A DNA stretch of 61,160 bases from an uncultured Planctomycetia bacterium (GCA_964451815.1 CAYVIW010000004.1:1-61160); one strand, 5' to 3'; positions 17,929 to 27,139 are shown, counted from the first letter of the stretch. A program made the numbers and translations. The notes: a model not told the origin generated them from the sequence alone.

Positions 17929-18327
17929 ATGGATAATGTGAAAGTCGTTCTGAGCGGAAAGAAAAGTTTTAACGTAAGCGTTAGAGGACATAAGATGATA
18001 ACCGATCTTCCCGTTGATCAGGGAGGAGATGATACCGGGCCCACTACCGTGGAACTTTTTGTTTCTTCCATAGGCGCATGTATGGGGATATACGCGTTGA
18101 GCTACCTGAAGACCGCCGGCGTGTCGCACGAAGGTCTTTCCCTGAGCATTGACTGGACTCTCGGTAAGAACAAAAGCAGGATCAGGGAAATAAAAGCGAC
18201 ATTATCTCTCGCGGGGGCCGACCTTGGAGATAGAAGATCCGCGCTTCTATCGGCCGCCAAAAAATGTCTTCTTTATAACACAGTATACGAGCCTCCCGAG
18301 ATATCTTTGGAACTTTCCGAAGACTGA
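17929..18327 (+). CDS. OsmC/Ohr-family protein
   Basis: OsmC-like length, and the segment GPTTVELFVSSIGACMG carries one of the OsmC-type cysteines. AGGAGG SD before ATG 17929 (the ORF opens at 17902). Confidence 0.65.
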   Translation: MDNVKVVLSGKKSFNVSVRGHKMITDLPVDQGGDDTGPTTVELFVSSIGACMGIYALSYLKTAGVSHEGLSLSIDWTLGKNKSRIREIKATLSLAGADLGDRRSALLSAAKKCLLYNTVYEPPEISLELSED

Positions 18328-18364
18328 TATTCGTCTTGAGGGGTATCGGGCAGGAGGGTTTTCT

Positions 18365-18829
18365 ATGTCTGCAAAATTCATGGTAGCCGTTATAGGGGGG
18401 CATGACTGTTCAAAACAGCAGGCGTCTCTCGCCGAAAAAGTGGGCGGGATAATAGCCGGCGAGGGGGCGGTCCTTGTGACCGGCGGTCTTGGCGGAATAA
18501 TGGAAGCGGCAAGCCGCGGAGCCTCGGAGGCGGGTGGCGTGACCGTGGGGATCATTCCCGGTGAGAATAAAAAAGACGCCAACGATTCCTCGGATATAGT
18601 TGTCCCCACAGGTATGGGCAATTCAAGAAATGCCCTTGTAGCCGCTTCGGCGGACATGCTGGTAGCGTTCCCCGGCAAATACGGGACGCTTTCGGAGATA
18701 GCTTTCGCTCTTAACGCGGGAAAACCGGTTTACGGTTTAAACACTTGGGATATCGAAGGCGTGATCGAGCTTTCCTCGACGGAAGATCTCGGTGGTGAGA
18801 TAAAGAGGCGCATGGCCTCTAAAAAATGA
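18365..18829 (+). CDS. TIGR00725-type LOG/SLOG-fold protein (DprA/Smf-related family)
   Basis: VAVIGG...LVTGGLGGIMEAASRGA...GIIPG...VPTGMGNSRN pattern. ATG 18365 has a GGAGGG SD. The longer ORF from 18224 overlaps the OsmC gene. Confidence 0.7.
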   Translation: MSAKFMVAVIGGHDCSKQQASLAEKVGGIIAGEGAVLVTGGLGGIMEAASRGASEAGGVTVGIIPGENKKDANDSSDIVVPTGMGNSRNALVAASADMLVAFPGKYGTLSEIAFALNAGKPVYGLNTWDIEGVIELSSTEDLGGEIKRRMASKK

Positions 18830-18856
18830 TCTTTCCCGGCACTTTATCATTCTTTA

Positions 18857-19522
18857 TTATATAGTCCTGGCTATTGTAAGGCCGGTAACGGTTTCGGCCC
18901 CGCTGTGAAGAAGCTCAGAAGCACATTCATCCAGGGTTGTCCCCGTAGTTATTATATCATCTACCAGAAGGATGTTCCTGCCCGCCAGTTCCATGCGGTC
19001 TAAAGCGCGGAAAGCCCCTTTTAAATTTCTTTTTCTCGCGAACTTTTTGAGCCCCGATTGGGGAGATGTGTTCTTTATCTTGACCAGCGCTCTCTTTTTT
19101 ACGGGGATTGAAAGCCATTCCGATATTACCAGAGATATGAGCTCGCTCTGGTTGTAACCCCGGGCGTAATATCTGGAGGGATGAAGAGGTACGGGTATTA
19201 TAATATCCGGCCGGGGGAAAGTTATGCGATCTGATGTCAAAAAAACTCCGAGCATTTCATTGACCAGGTCCAGTATCCTGCGATTACCCCGGAACTTCAG
19301 GTCTCGCAAGCAGGATTTTATGGCGGAGCGGTAAATGCGCAGCGAATAGATCTGCTCTATATTGGTGGATGTGACATACGGAGGAATGTTCTGCTTGATA
19401 AGAGATATCCGGCAATTCCGGCAGACAGGAAGAGGATACGCGGCGCTTTCCGAGCCGCAGGAGCCGCATATAGCAGGCGCTATGATATTGACGAAAGATC
19501 CAAGTAGAGCTTGAGCGTTCAT
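18857..19522 (-). CDS. comF: ComF-family phosphoribosyltransferase-fold protein
   Basis: N-terminal CxxC pairs (CGSCGS...CRNC) and a C-terminal PRTase motif LLVDDIITTGTT. ATG at 19522 has a GGGGGAG SD. Confidence 0.8.
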   Translation of the reverse strand: MNAQALLGSFVNIIAPAICGSCGSESAAYPLPVCRNCRISLIKQNIPPYVTSTNIEQIYSLRIYRSAIKSCLRDLKFRGNRRILDLVNEMLGVFLTSDRITFPRPDIIIPVPLHPSRYYARGYNQSELISLVISEWLSIPVKKRALVKIKNTSPQSGLKKFARKRNLKGAFRALDRMELAGRNILLVDDIITTGTTLDECASELLHSGAETVTGLTIARTI

Positions 19523-19737
19523 ATCTCCCCCTTTTTTATAGAGCTTTTCAGCTTCTTCTAGTAAACATGCTGATCCTCTCGCGTCACGCGCCGCGTGAGC
19601 CCTTACCTTTATAGACACATTTTGGGCGTTTTTCCTTTCACTTTTTTTTCAAAAAACTTTCAATTTTAATGTTATTAGGTTAAAATAGCCTTAAGCGCGA
19701 GATGCCGGCATGGTCGGCGCGAAAAAGGGGGGCTGGT

Positions 19738-20145
19738 ATGAAAAGAGAAGACATGCTGGATCTGGCTATGTTCTTTGCACGGATCATTTTGGGGGTTGTG
19801 TTCGCCGCCCACGGGGCCCAGAAACTCTTCGGCATGTTCAACGGCATCGGGCTCGAAGGCTCGGCCAGGATAATGGAGGTTATGGGTATGCCCTGGCCTT
19901 ACGCGGCGGCCTCCGTGTGGGCCTCAATAGAGTTCGTCGGAGGCATATTCCTTATCTTCGGTGTTCTCGCCAGGTTCTCGGCCGCGGCAATAGCTCTTAC
20001 CATGATCATAAGGATGTGGAAGATAAACCTCGTTTATGGATTTTTTATACAGGACGGGGGAATAGAATATAACCTGCTTGTAATAGCGGCCTGTATACCG
20101 CTTATATTTGTTGGTGGGGGTAAATGGTCAGTGTGGGACGGGTAG
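19738..20145 (+). CDS. DoxX-family membrane protein
   Basis: Four hydrophobic segments with RIILGVVFAAHGAQKLFG, typical of DoxX. SD GGGGGG lies before ATG 19738. Confidence 0.7.
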   Translation: MKREDMLDLAMFFARIILGVVFAAHGAQKLFGMFNGIGLEGSARIMEVMGMPWPYAAASVWASIEFVGGIFLIFGVLARFSAAAIALTMIIRMWKINLVYGFFIQDGGIEYNLLVIAACIPLIFVGGGKWSVWDG

Positions 20146-20204
20146 GGTTGACCCTCCGGTCACATTCTGATAGAATACAAAAAAACGAAAGAGAGGTGTC
20201 TGCG

Positions 20205-20390
20205 ATGAAAGTAACAGTGGATCAGGAAGCTTGTATAGGTTGCGGTCTTTGCGCTCAGGTGGCCCCGGAGGTTTACGAGATGAAGGACGATAAAGCGGTG
20301 GCAAAGATGGAGGAAGTCCCCGCGGAAAAGTCCGAATCCGCGCAGTCGGGGGCTGATCAGTGCCCGGTTAACGCTATAACAATATCATAA
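20205..20390 (+). CDS. Small single-cluster ferredoxin
   Basis: 61 aa with CIGCGLC...CP. GAGAGG SD upstream of ATG 20205. Confidence 0.8.
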   Translation: MKVTVDQEACIGCGLCAQVAPEVYEMKDDKAVAKMEEVPAEKSESAQSGADQCPVNAITIS

Positions 20391-20420
20391 CTTTCCGGAT
20401 AGCGCTCCGGATAGAACTAA

Positions 20421-20463
20421 TCGACCCCTTGGCAAGCCTCGTAGAGGGCTTTTAAGGGGTCGA
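20421..20463 (+). terminator. 10-bp-stem hairpin after the ferredoxin gene (possible terminator, weak U-tract)
   Basis: tcgacccctt (20421-20430) pairs with aaggggtcga (20454-20463). Only a short T run follows. Confidence 0.4.
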
Positions 20464-20482
20464 ACTTTAAAGGAAGGTTTCG

Positions 20483-21271
20483 ATGAGGATCTTGAGGAAC
20501 ATATTCATATCCCTTTTAGTGATAATTGTCGCGTTGGCGGCGTTCTTCCATTTTTACATCAGGCCGAGGTATACGGTCCCGGTTCTGATGTATCACAGTA
20601 TAAGCGAGGACGATCCCGGCTCGATGTACGTAAAACCCGAAAACTTCAGGCGCCAGATGGACTTTTTGGAAAAGGCCGGATATTCGATCATTTCACTTGA
20701 AGAACTTGTCGAGGGTACAAACTCCGGCAGAAAATTTCCGTACGGCACGGTCGTTATAACTTTTGACGACGGGTTCGAGGATAACTATCTTAACGCTTTT
20801 CCCGTTATGGCGAAGTATAACTTCCCGGCTACGATATTTCTGATAACGGGCTATGTCGGTGAAAAAGAAGGATATATGAACTGGGACCAGGTCAGGGTAA
20901 TGATAGCCAACGGCATAAGTTTCGGCGGACACACACGTAATAACGTATATCTGCCTTCTCTTACCGATAACGCGAAGCTCTGGGAAGAGATATCGGGCAG
21001 CAAAAAAGATATAGAGCAAGCCACCGGTAGTGTGGTCGATCATTTCTGCTATCCCATAGGCGGTTTTAATGACAATATAAAGAACACGGTGAAAAAGGCC
21101 GGATATAAGGGCGCCTGTACCACGAACAGAGGAAATGACAGATATAATAAGGATGTTTTTGAGATCAACAGGGTAAAAATAACTAATTCAGACACTACTA
21201 AGCCCTTTAATTTCAGGGCAAAACTTTCGGGATATTATAATTTTTTCAGGTCACTTAGATCTCCGGAATGA
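20483..21271 (+). CDS. Polysaccharide deacetylase (NodB homology domain), membrane anchored
   Basis: N-terminal TM segment, ITFDDGFEDNY motif, and a downstream His motif (GGHTRNN). Confidence 0.8.
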   Translation: MRILRNIFISLLVIIVALAAFFHFYIRPRYTVPVLMYHSISEDDPGSMYVKPENFRRQMDFLEKAGYSIISLEELVEGTNSGRKFPYGTVVITFDDGFEDNYLNAFPVMAKYNFPATIFLITGYVGEKEGYMNWDQVRVMIANGISFGGHTRNNVYLPSLTDNAKLWEEISGSKKDIEQATGSVVDHFCYPIGGFNDNIKNTVKKAGYKGACTTNRGNDRYNKDVFEINRVKITNSDTTKPFNFRAKLSGYYNFFRSLRSPE

Positions 21272-21288
21272 CTTCCAGGGGGGACAAT

Positions 21289-22578
21289 ATGGGCAAATTA
21301 ATAAGTTATGATACATCTCGTATGGAAGGGTTTGTCTCTTCCAATGAGATCAAAAGCATGGAGCCGGGCATCAAAAAAGCACACGGTTTCCTCTCCGAAA
21401 AGAACGGACCGGGTGGGGAATATCTGGGGTGGATGGATCTTCCTGACCGGACAGAAGAAGAAATTATCCGTAAAATAGAGGAAACGGCGGGATATTTGAG
21501 AGAAACATCTGATACTGTGGTTGTCGTGGGTATAGGCGGTTCGTACCTCGGGTCCAGAGCGGTCATAAACGCTCTGTCAGATCCTGAAGACAGGCAAAGA
21601 GTAAAATTTGCCGGAAACAACATGTCCTCTCGCCAGATGCGCGAGCTCATGGAATATTTGAAGGAGAGGGATTTCAGCGTGAACGTTATCTCGAAATCCG
21701 GGACCACGACGGAGCCGGCGATAGCTTTCAGGATGCTCGAGGCCCTTTTGAGGGAAAAACATTCTTCCGAAGAAATAAAAAAAAGGATCATATGCACTAC
21801 CGGACCCGAAGGAGGAGCTCTGCGCAAGATAGCTGACAACAACGGTTACAGGGCTTTTGACATACCCGATGATGTGGGAGGCAGATTCTCTGTGCTTACT
21901 CCCGTGGGGCTTCTTCCGTCCGCTTGCGCGGGTGTGGATATAAGAGCGCTCCTCGAGGGGGCTGGCCGGATGAAAGAATCCTTGTCGGAATGTGATATCG
22001 AAAAGAACGCGGCGGATCGTTACGCCGCTATAAGGAACATACTGTACTCTAAAGGCAAAAAGATAGAGATACTCTCATCTTTCGAGAGCGGGCTGCATTA
22101 TCTGGCCGAGTGGTGGAGGCAGCTTTTCGGGGAAAGTGAGGGGAAATCCTCAAAAGGAATATTCCCGTCGACATGCGATCTTTCGACAGACCTTCACTCT
22201 ATGGGGCAGCTTATACAACAAGGAGAGAGGAACATTTTTGAGACTTTCGTGGCCGTTGAGAACGAAAAGATAGAGTGCCCCATACCGTTAAGAGGTGAAA
22301 ATCTGGATAATCTCGATTATCTGGCCGGACGGCAGCTCAGCGAGGTGAACTTCCAGGCGTATGAGGCCACGGCGGAGGCCCATTGCGCGGGTGGGGTGCC
22401 CAGTTCTACTATTTTTATGCCTGAGATGTCGGCATTATATCTTGGGCAGGTCCTGTATTTTTTTCAAAAAGCCGTGGCTGTATCGGCCTATCTTTTAGGG
22501 GTGAACCCCTTTGACCAGCCAGGCGTTGAGCTCTATAAGAAGAATATGTTCACCCGCCTGGGTAAACCCGGATCATAA
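21289..22578 (+). CDS. pgi: Glucose-6-phosphate isomerase (short bacterial type)
   Basis: GIGGSYLG, SKSGTTTEP and GGRFSVLTPVGLLP motifs. Confidence 0.9.
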   Translation: MGKLISYDTSRMEGFVSSNEIKSMEPGIKKAHGFLSEKNGPGGEYLGWMDLPDRTEEEIIRKIEETAGYLRETSDTVVVVGIGGSYLGSRAVINALSDPEDRQRVKFAGNNMSSRQMRELMEYLKERDFSVNVISKSGTTTEPAIAFRMLEALLREKHSSEEIKKRIICTTGPEGGALRKIADNNGYRAFDIPDDVGGRFSVLTPVGLLPSACAGVDIRALLEGAGRMKESLSECDIEKNAADRYAAIRNILYSKGKKIEILSSFESGLHYLAEWWRQLFGESEGKSSKGIFPSTCDLSTDLHSMGQLIQQGERNIFETFVAVENEKIECPIPLRGENLDNLDYLAGRQLSEVNFQAYEATAEAHCAGGVPSSTIFMPEMSALYLGQVLYFFQKAVAVSAYLLGVNPFDQPGVELYKKNMFTRLGKPGS

Positions 22579-22648
22579 AAGGGGCAGAGTTCATTAATCG
22601 CCATATATCCGGTCAATATCCTCGATCAGGAACTTTGGGGCCCATATT

Positions 22649-23611
22649 ATGGAAATAAGCTTTACTTTTACTACCATACTGGAAGCAATAATAAAATTGT
22701 TCGTCCTGGTACTGCTGGGATGTATTTTAAGACGCCGCGGACTTATAGATGACAGGTTTACCGATGTTCTCAGCCTCCTTCTCATAAAGCTGTTCTTTCC
22801 CGCGCTTATATTCTCGAAGATCATAACGCATTTCAGTTTCAGTGATTTTTCTCACTGGTGGGTGCTTCCTCTGGCCGCTATTATATTCTCTGCGGGAGGT
22901 ATGGCCCTGGGCCTTCTGGTGCACAGGGTTTTCGGGGGGAGGTTCCCGAGGAATGAGTTTATCGCCGGGTGCGGTTTTCAGAACTGCGGGTACCTTCCGA
23001 TGAACATAATATTCTTTTCGTTCGCCGGGCTGGTCCAGGACAGACTGCTTGTCTTCCTTTTTCTTTTTACAATGGGTTTCAATCTTCTGATGTGGTCTAT
23101 GATGCCGTCATTTCTCGCTCCTGACAGAAAAGGCCGTCCTGCCATAAAGGATATATTAAACGCTCCGGTGGTCGCCACGATATTATCGCTTTTATGGGTA
23201 AGGTTCTTCGGCACCGGCAGCGTTCCGCCGGTCGTATTGAACCCCCTCGAACAGCTCGGGCAGGCAGCGTTCCCTATAGCGATGATAACGCTCGGGTCTT
23301 ATCTGGTGAGGTACAGTTCACATATGCCGGATAAGAAGTTACCTGTGGCAGCGGGGGTTATTACCAAGCTTGTTGTTTTTCCCGCGCTGGTATTCGGGGT
23401 GATCGCTCTTGTGCCTTTCAGGGCGGATTATAAGTTTTTCCTTTTTCTGCAGGCGGCCATGCCTTCCGCTGTTTCGCTGGTGGTAATAGGCAGTTATACT
23501 CGCGCGGATAACGGTTACCTGAGCAGCGTTATTTTTTACACGCACCTGGTTTCGCTTCTGACCATACCGCTATGGCTTGGTATTTTCAGGATGTTTGTGC
23601 CCGGGGTTTGA
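22649..23611 (+). CDS. AEC (auxin efflux carrier) family transporter
   Basis: About 10 TM segments in a two-half architecture, 320 aa. Family call is from overall pattern only. Confidence 0.6.
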   Translation: MEISFTFTTILEAIIKLFVLVLLGCILRRRGLIDDRFTDVLSLLLIKLFFPALIFSKIITHFSFSDFSHWWVLPLAAIIFSAGGMALGLLVHRVFGGRFPRNEFIAGCGFQNCGYLPMNIIFFSFAGLVQDRLLVFLFLFTMGFNLLMWSMMPSFLAPDRKGRPAIKDILNAPVVATILSLLWVRFFGTGSVPPVVLNPLEQLGQAAFPIAMITLGSYLVRYSSHMPDKKLPVAAGVITKLVVFPALVFGVIALVPFRADYKFFLFLQAAMPSAVSLVVIGSYTRADNGYLSSVIFYTHLVSLLTIPLWLGIFRMFVPGV

Positions 23612-23669
23612 CTTGGGCGCGCATATAGGGTATTTTCATTAACTATAGGATCTACAAAAGGAGATGACC

Positions 23670-23855
23670 ATGTTGTTAGGTATAATACTGATCGTATGCG
23701 GCATACTTATAGCCGCGTATCCGCCGCTTCTGTCTCTCATAGTGGCCACGCTTTTTATATCCGCGGGCATAATCACGCTGATAGCCGGGTACAGGTATAA
23801 AAAAATGGCCAAGAAATTCGAAGACCCGTTCATCGATTTCTTTATGAGGACCTGA
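23670..23855 (+). CDS. Small two-TM membrane protein, unknown function
   Basis: Hydrophobic N-terminal ~45 aa. AAGGAG SD is 6 nt before the second ATG (the ORF opens at 23664). Confidence 0.45.
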   Translation: MLLGIILIVCGILIAAYPPLLSLIVATLFISAGIITLIAGYRYKKMAKKFEDPFIDFFMRT

Positions 23856-23892
23856 TAGGCCGATAAAACTTAATGAAAAGGAGAGAGGGCCA

Positions 23893-26322
23893 ATGAGAAA
23901 GCTTAAAGCTTCCGAGCTGAAGAAGCTCTGCGATCCGGCTGTTTTCCCGTTCAAGACGACTGAGGATTATGAGTTCGAGAGCGAGCCTGTGCATCAGGCG
24001 CGGGGCACCAGCGCCATAGATTTCGGGCTCAATGTGAAGTCGGACGGGTTTAATCTCTTCGTGTGCGGGTGCCCGGGTACCGGGAGGAACACACAGGTAA
24101 TAAAAGCGGTCAGCGCCATAGCCGGCAGGGAAAAGACCCCGGATGACTGGATATATGTGAATAACTTTATCAGCGAGGACGAACCTATAGCCATACGCCT
24201 TCCGGCAGGAAGAGGCATAATATTCAAGAAGGACATCGAGGAGCTTATCGAAGAGCTCAAAGTAGAGATCCCCAAGGCCTTTGAGAGTGAGGATTACGAA
24301 GGGCGCAAGCAGGAACTCCTCAAGGAGTACAAACAAAAAAGGGATGCCGCGCTGCAGCATGTGGAAGAGGAATCCTTCAAAGAGGGGTTCGTTCTCAAAC
24401 AGACGGCGACCGGGGTAATACTTGTCCCCCGTGTTGACGACAGGCCTATGACAACAGAGGAATATGAGAACGTGCCCGCCGAGGAAAAAGAGGTCCTCGA
24501 AAAGAAGAAGCACGATCTTCACATAAAGATAGAACAGGCCCTCAGCGAAGTACGGGCCATGGAAAAGGCCGCGAAGCAGCAAATAAAAGGTCTCGAAGAG
24601 GAAGTGGTTCTTTTTTCGGTAAAACACATAATCGATGAACTGAGGTTCAAATACAGGGAATTCGAAGATGTGGTAGAGCATCTAAACCATGTTCAGCAGG
24701 ATGTAGTGGGCAATATAGGTCTTTTTAAAGAGGATGAGGAGGAGTCTCAGGCGATAATTTTTGGCGGGAAAGCGCCTGCGAAGAAGAACGCGTTCAGAAA
24801 ATACGAGGTCAACCTTCTGGTGGATCACAGGAATTCCAAAGGCGCTCCGGTAATAAAGGAGACAAGCCCCACATACTATAACCTGATAGGCAGGATAGAA
24901 TATGTGTCGCAGTTCGGTTCCATGACGACCGATTTCGGGATGATAGCCCCCGGCGCTCTTCATAAGGCCAACGGAGGATATCTTATACTCCAGGCCATGG
25001 ATGTTGTGGTAACTTTTATGGCCTGGGACGCTTTAAAAAAGGTAATAAGAAATCGAGAAATAAAGGTTGAGGATATAAACGAGCAATATCGGCTGATAAG
25101 CACTACGAGCCTCAAACCTAAGTCCATACCCTGCGACATAAAGATAGTGATGGTCGGCCCCGCCTGGCTATATCATATGCTTTACAAGTTCGATGAGGAT
25201 TTCAGGAAGATGTTCAAGGTGAAATCGGATTTTGATACCGAGATAGACAGGGTTAAGTCCATGGTAGATAAGTACGCGGCTTTTATAAAAGTAAGATGCG
25301 AGGAAGAAGACCTCAGACATTTTGACCGTAAGGCCGTGGCCAGAGTGATAGAGTATGGTTCAAGAATGGCCGAAGACCAGGAAAAACTCAGTGCCAAATT
25401 CATGTACGTAGCCGATATTTTGAGAGAAGCCGATTACTGGGCGGGAAAGGATAATGCCGAGTATGTGGGGGATGAACATGTGGAAAAAGCAATACACGAG
25501 AAGATATACAGATCCAATATGATAGAGGAGAAGATAATAGAGCTTATAAAGGACGATGTGCTGATGATAGACTCTAAAGGATCGGCCGTCGGACAGGTGA
25601 ACGGTCTGGCTGTTATCGATATGGGAGAATATATGTTCGGCAAGCCTTCAAGGATAACTGCGAGGACCTTTTTAGGCAAGAGCGGTCTGGTCGATATAGA
25701 GCGTCAGGTCAAGATGGGTGGGAGGCTTCATTCCAAGGGAGTGCTTATACTTTCCGGTTATCTGGGTGAGAAATTCGCGCAAGAGAGGCCTCTGAGCTTG
25801 AGCGCGAGCGTATGTTTCGAGCAGTCGTACGAAGGCGTGGACGGTGACAGCGCCTCCAGCACCGAGGCCTATTGTCTTCTTTCGTCACTTTCGGGTCTGG
25901 CCATAAAACAGTCCATAGCTGTTACAGGATCGATGAACCAGCACGGTATGGTCCAGCCCATAGGAGGCGTCAACGAGAAGATAGAGGGTTTTTACCATGT
26001 ATGTAAAATTAAGGGGCTTACCGGTGACCAGGGAGTGATAATACCTGAGAGCAATGTGCGTCATCTGATGCTTAAGGATGAGGTGATCGACGCGGTCAAA
26101 AAGAAGAAATTCCATATATGGGCGGTCTCGACTGTGGATGAGGGGATAGAGATACTCACAGGGAAGAAGGCCGGCAAAAAAGACAAAGGAGGAAAGTACC
26201 CTCGGGGCACAGTTAATTATCTCGTGGATAAAAAGCTTAAAGAGTATTCGGAGAACTTTATCCGGCAGGAGCGTAAGTCCCTGCCCGGAAAGAAAGCTAA
26301 AAAGAAAGGAGCGATAAAATGA
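23893..26322 (+). CDS. Lon-like protease of the COG1067/LonC type (AAA-like module with degenerate Walker A plus an S16 protease domain)
   Basis: The Walker A position reads GCPGTGRN (Arg instead of Lys). The C-terminal Lon Ser-Lys dyad context is VDGDSASS ... GGVNEKIEGF. Confidence 0.8.
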   Translation: MRKLKASELKKLCDPAVFPFKTTEDYEFESEPVHQARGTSAIDFGLNVKSDGFNLFVCGCPGTGRNTQVIKAVSAIAGREKTPDDWIYVNNFISEDEPIAIRLPAGRGIIFKKDIEELIEELKVEIPKAFESEDYEGRKQELLKEYKQKRDAALQHVEEESFKEGFVLKQTATGVILVPRVDDRPMTTEEYENVPAEEKEVLEKKKHDLHIKIEQALSEVRAMEKAAKQQIKGLEEEVVLFSVKHIIDELRFKYREFEDVVEHLNHVQQDVVGNIGLFKEDEEESQAIIFGGKAPAKKNAFRKYEVNLLVDHRNSKGAPVIKETSPTYYNLIGRIEYVSQFGSMTTDFGMIAPGALHKANGGYLILQAMDVVVTFMAWDALKKVIRNREIKVEDINEQYRLISTTSLKPKSIPCDIKIVMVGPAWLYHMLYKFDEDFRKMFKVKSDFDTEIDRVKSMVDKYAAFIKVRCEEEDLRHFDRKAVARVIEYGSRMAEDQEKLSAKFMYVADILREADYWAGKDNAEYVGDEHVEKAIHEKIYRSNMIEEKIIELIKDDVLMIDSKGSAVGQVNGLAVIDMGEYMFGKPSRITARTFLGKSGLVDIERQVKMGGRLHSKGVLILSGYLGEKFAQERPLSLSASVCFEQSYEGVDGDSASSTEAYCLLSSLSGLAIKQSIAVTGSMNQHGMVQPIGGVNEKIEGFYHVCKIKGLTGDQGVIIPESNVRHLMLKDEVIDAVKKKKFHIWAVSTVDEGIEILTGKKAGKKDKGGKYPRGTVNYLVDKKLKEYSENFIRQERKSLPGKKAKKKGAIK

Positions 26323-26921
26323 TCAAGTCAATGAAGATGTTAACGGTTCTGGTAATTTCCTGTATAGTTGTTTCTCAAACGGCCTTTTCCCTCGAGAAAG
26401 TGAACCTTTACGATATTCTGGAAAACGCGAAGGAGGTCAACACATATATTGCCGATCTGACAGATCCTTCCGGTCAGGCCGGGGATATGCTTGAGGGCAT
26501 CAGGGAGCAGCTTGAACATGCCCTGTTATCGAGACAGTCCGCCAATTTTGTCATGGTAGATGACAAAAGTAAGGCCGACATTATTATAACATGCGATATA
26601 ATAGAGCGGATCTGGCTTGAAGTTGATCCAATAGACAAGGTATGGGGAGCCGGAGCGGTAGCTATGGATGTTATGAAAAATGATAATTACGGTCGCATAA
26701 GAGCGGATATTACGATCAGTAAGGGCCCCGCCGGCAAACGTCTTTTCAGTCGTTCCGGCGCCAGGGTAAGAAGAATGACCGTTCTATGGGATGAGATCGT
26801 TCAGGCAACAATAACCCAGACCATTATGCCCGAGCCCGAAAGCAAGATCCTGCTACAGGAAAGGCTTGCTGATATATTTATAAGAGAAGCTTTTGGCAGG
26901 AGAGCCAGTCCGCTTAACTGA
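26319..26921 (+). CDS. Secreted/exported hypothetical protein, translationally coupled to the Lon-like gene
   Basis: ATGA start/stop overlap and a signal-peptide-like N-terminus (MLTVLVISCIVVSQTAFS). No recognisable domain. Confidence 0.5.
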   Translation: MIKSMKMLTVLVISCIVVSQTAFSLEKVNLYDILENAKEVNTYIADLTDPSGQAGDMLEGIREQLEHALLSRQSANFVMVDDKSKADIIITCDIIERIWLEVDPIDKVWGAGAVAMDVMKNDNYGRIRADITISKGPAGKRLFSRSGARVRRMTVLWDEIVQATITQTIMPEPESKILLQERLADIFIREAFGRRASPLN

Positions 26922-26956
26922 CTTCCGATCTTTCCATTCTCAGATCTCCGAGATCC

Positions 26957-27095
26957 AACCCGGCGAATTTAACCTGGTTAAATCCGCCGGGTTAAATTGA
27001 TCTTTTATCAAATTTACCGCAAAAAAGCTCCAAAATTTGATTTTTCATCAAATCAACCTGGTTAAATCAACCAGGTTGATTTAACCAGGTTAATT
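26957..27095. promoter_or_regulatory. Array of palindromic operator-like sites upstream of clpB
   Basis: A 37-bp near-perfect palindrome spans 26957-26993. AACCWGGTT cores are centred at 26975, 27059, 27073 and 27087. TTGAT-N5-ATCAA dyads lie at 26997-27011 and 27037-27051 (extended ATTTGAT-N5-ATCAAAT at 27035-27053). Confidence 0.6.
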
Positions 27096-27110
27096 TCAGG
27101 TGGTTTTTTA

Positions 27111-27139
27111 TTGACTTTTAGGGGCGTGTGTTATATTAT
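27111..27139 (+). promoter_or_regulatory. Putative sigma70-type promoter of the clpB operon
   Basis: TTGACT at 27111-27116, a 17-nt spacer, then TATTAT at 27134-27139. Confidence 0.55.

Noticed and set aside
18224-18364. Long N-terminal extensions in the ORF track (18224, 53052, 9758, 29786, 20124, 50049, 19702, 19618 minus strand)
   Set aside because: Each extension overlaps the preceding gene or an intergenic promoter. Each also contains an internal ATG with a good SD that matches homolog N-termini, so I used the shorter coordinates.
19616-19636. cacattttgggcgttttt, and similarly gcatatagggtatttt at 23621-23637, look like solo terminal-repeat remnants (compare catattttgggtatttt)
   Set aside because: These are only about 14-15 of 19 matches, with gaps, in T-rich promoter regions. 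I cannot separate this from chance without a statistical search.
26957-27095. Possible small CRISPR array or REP cluster, because of the repeated aacctggtt units
   Set aside because: The units are 9-15 bp palindromes at 14-bp spacing with no unique spacers, and there are no cas genes. The layout fits operator sites better.
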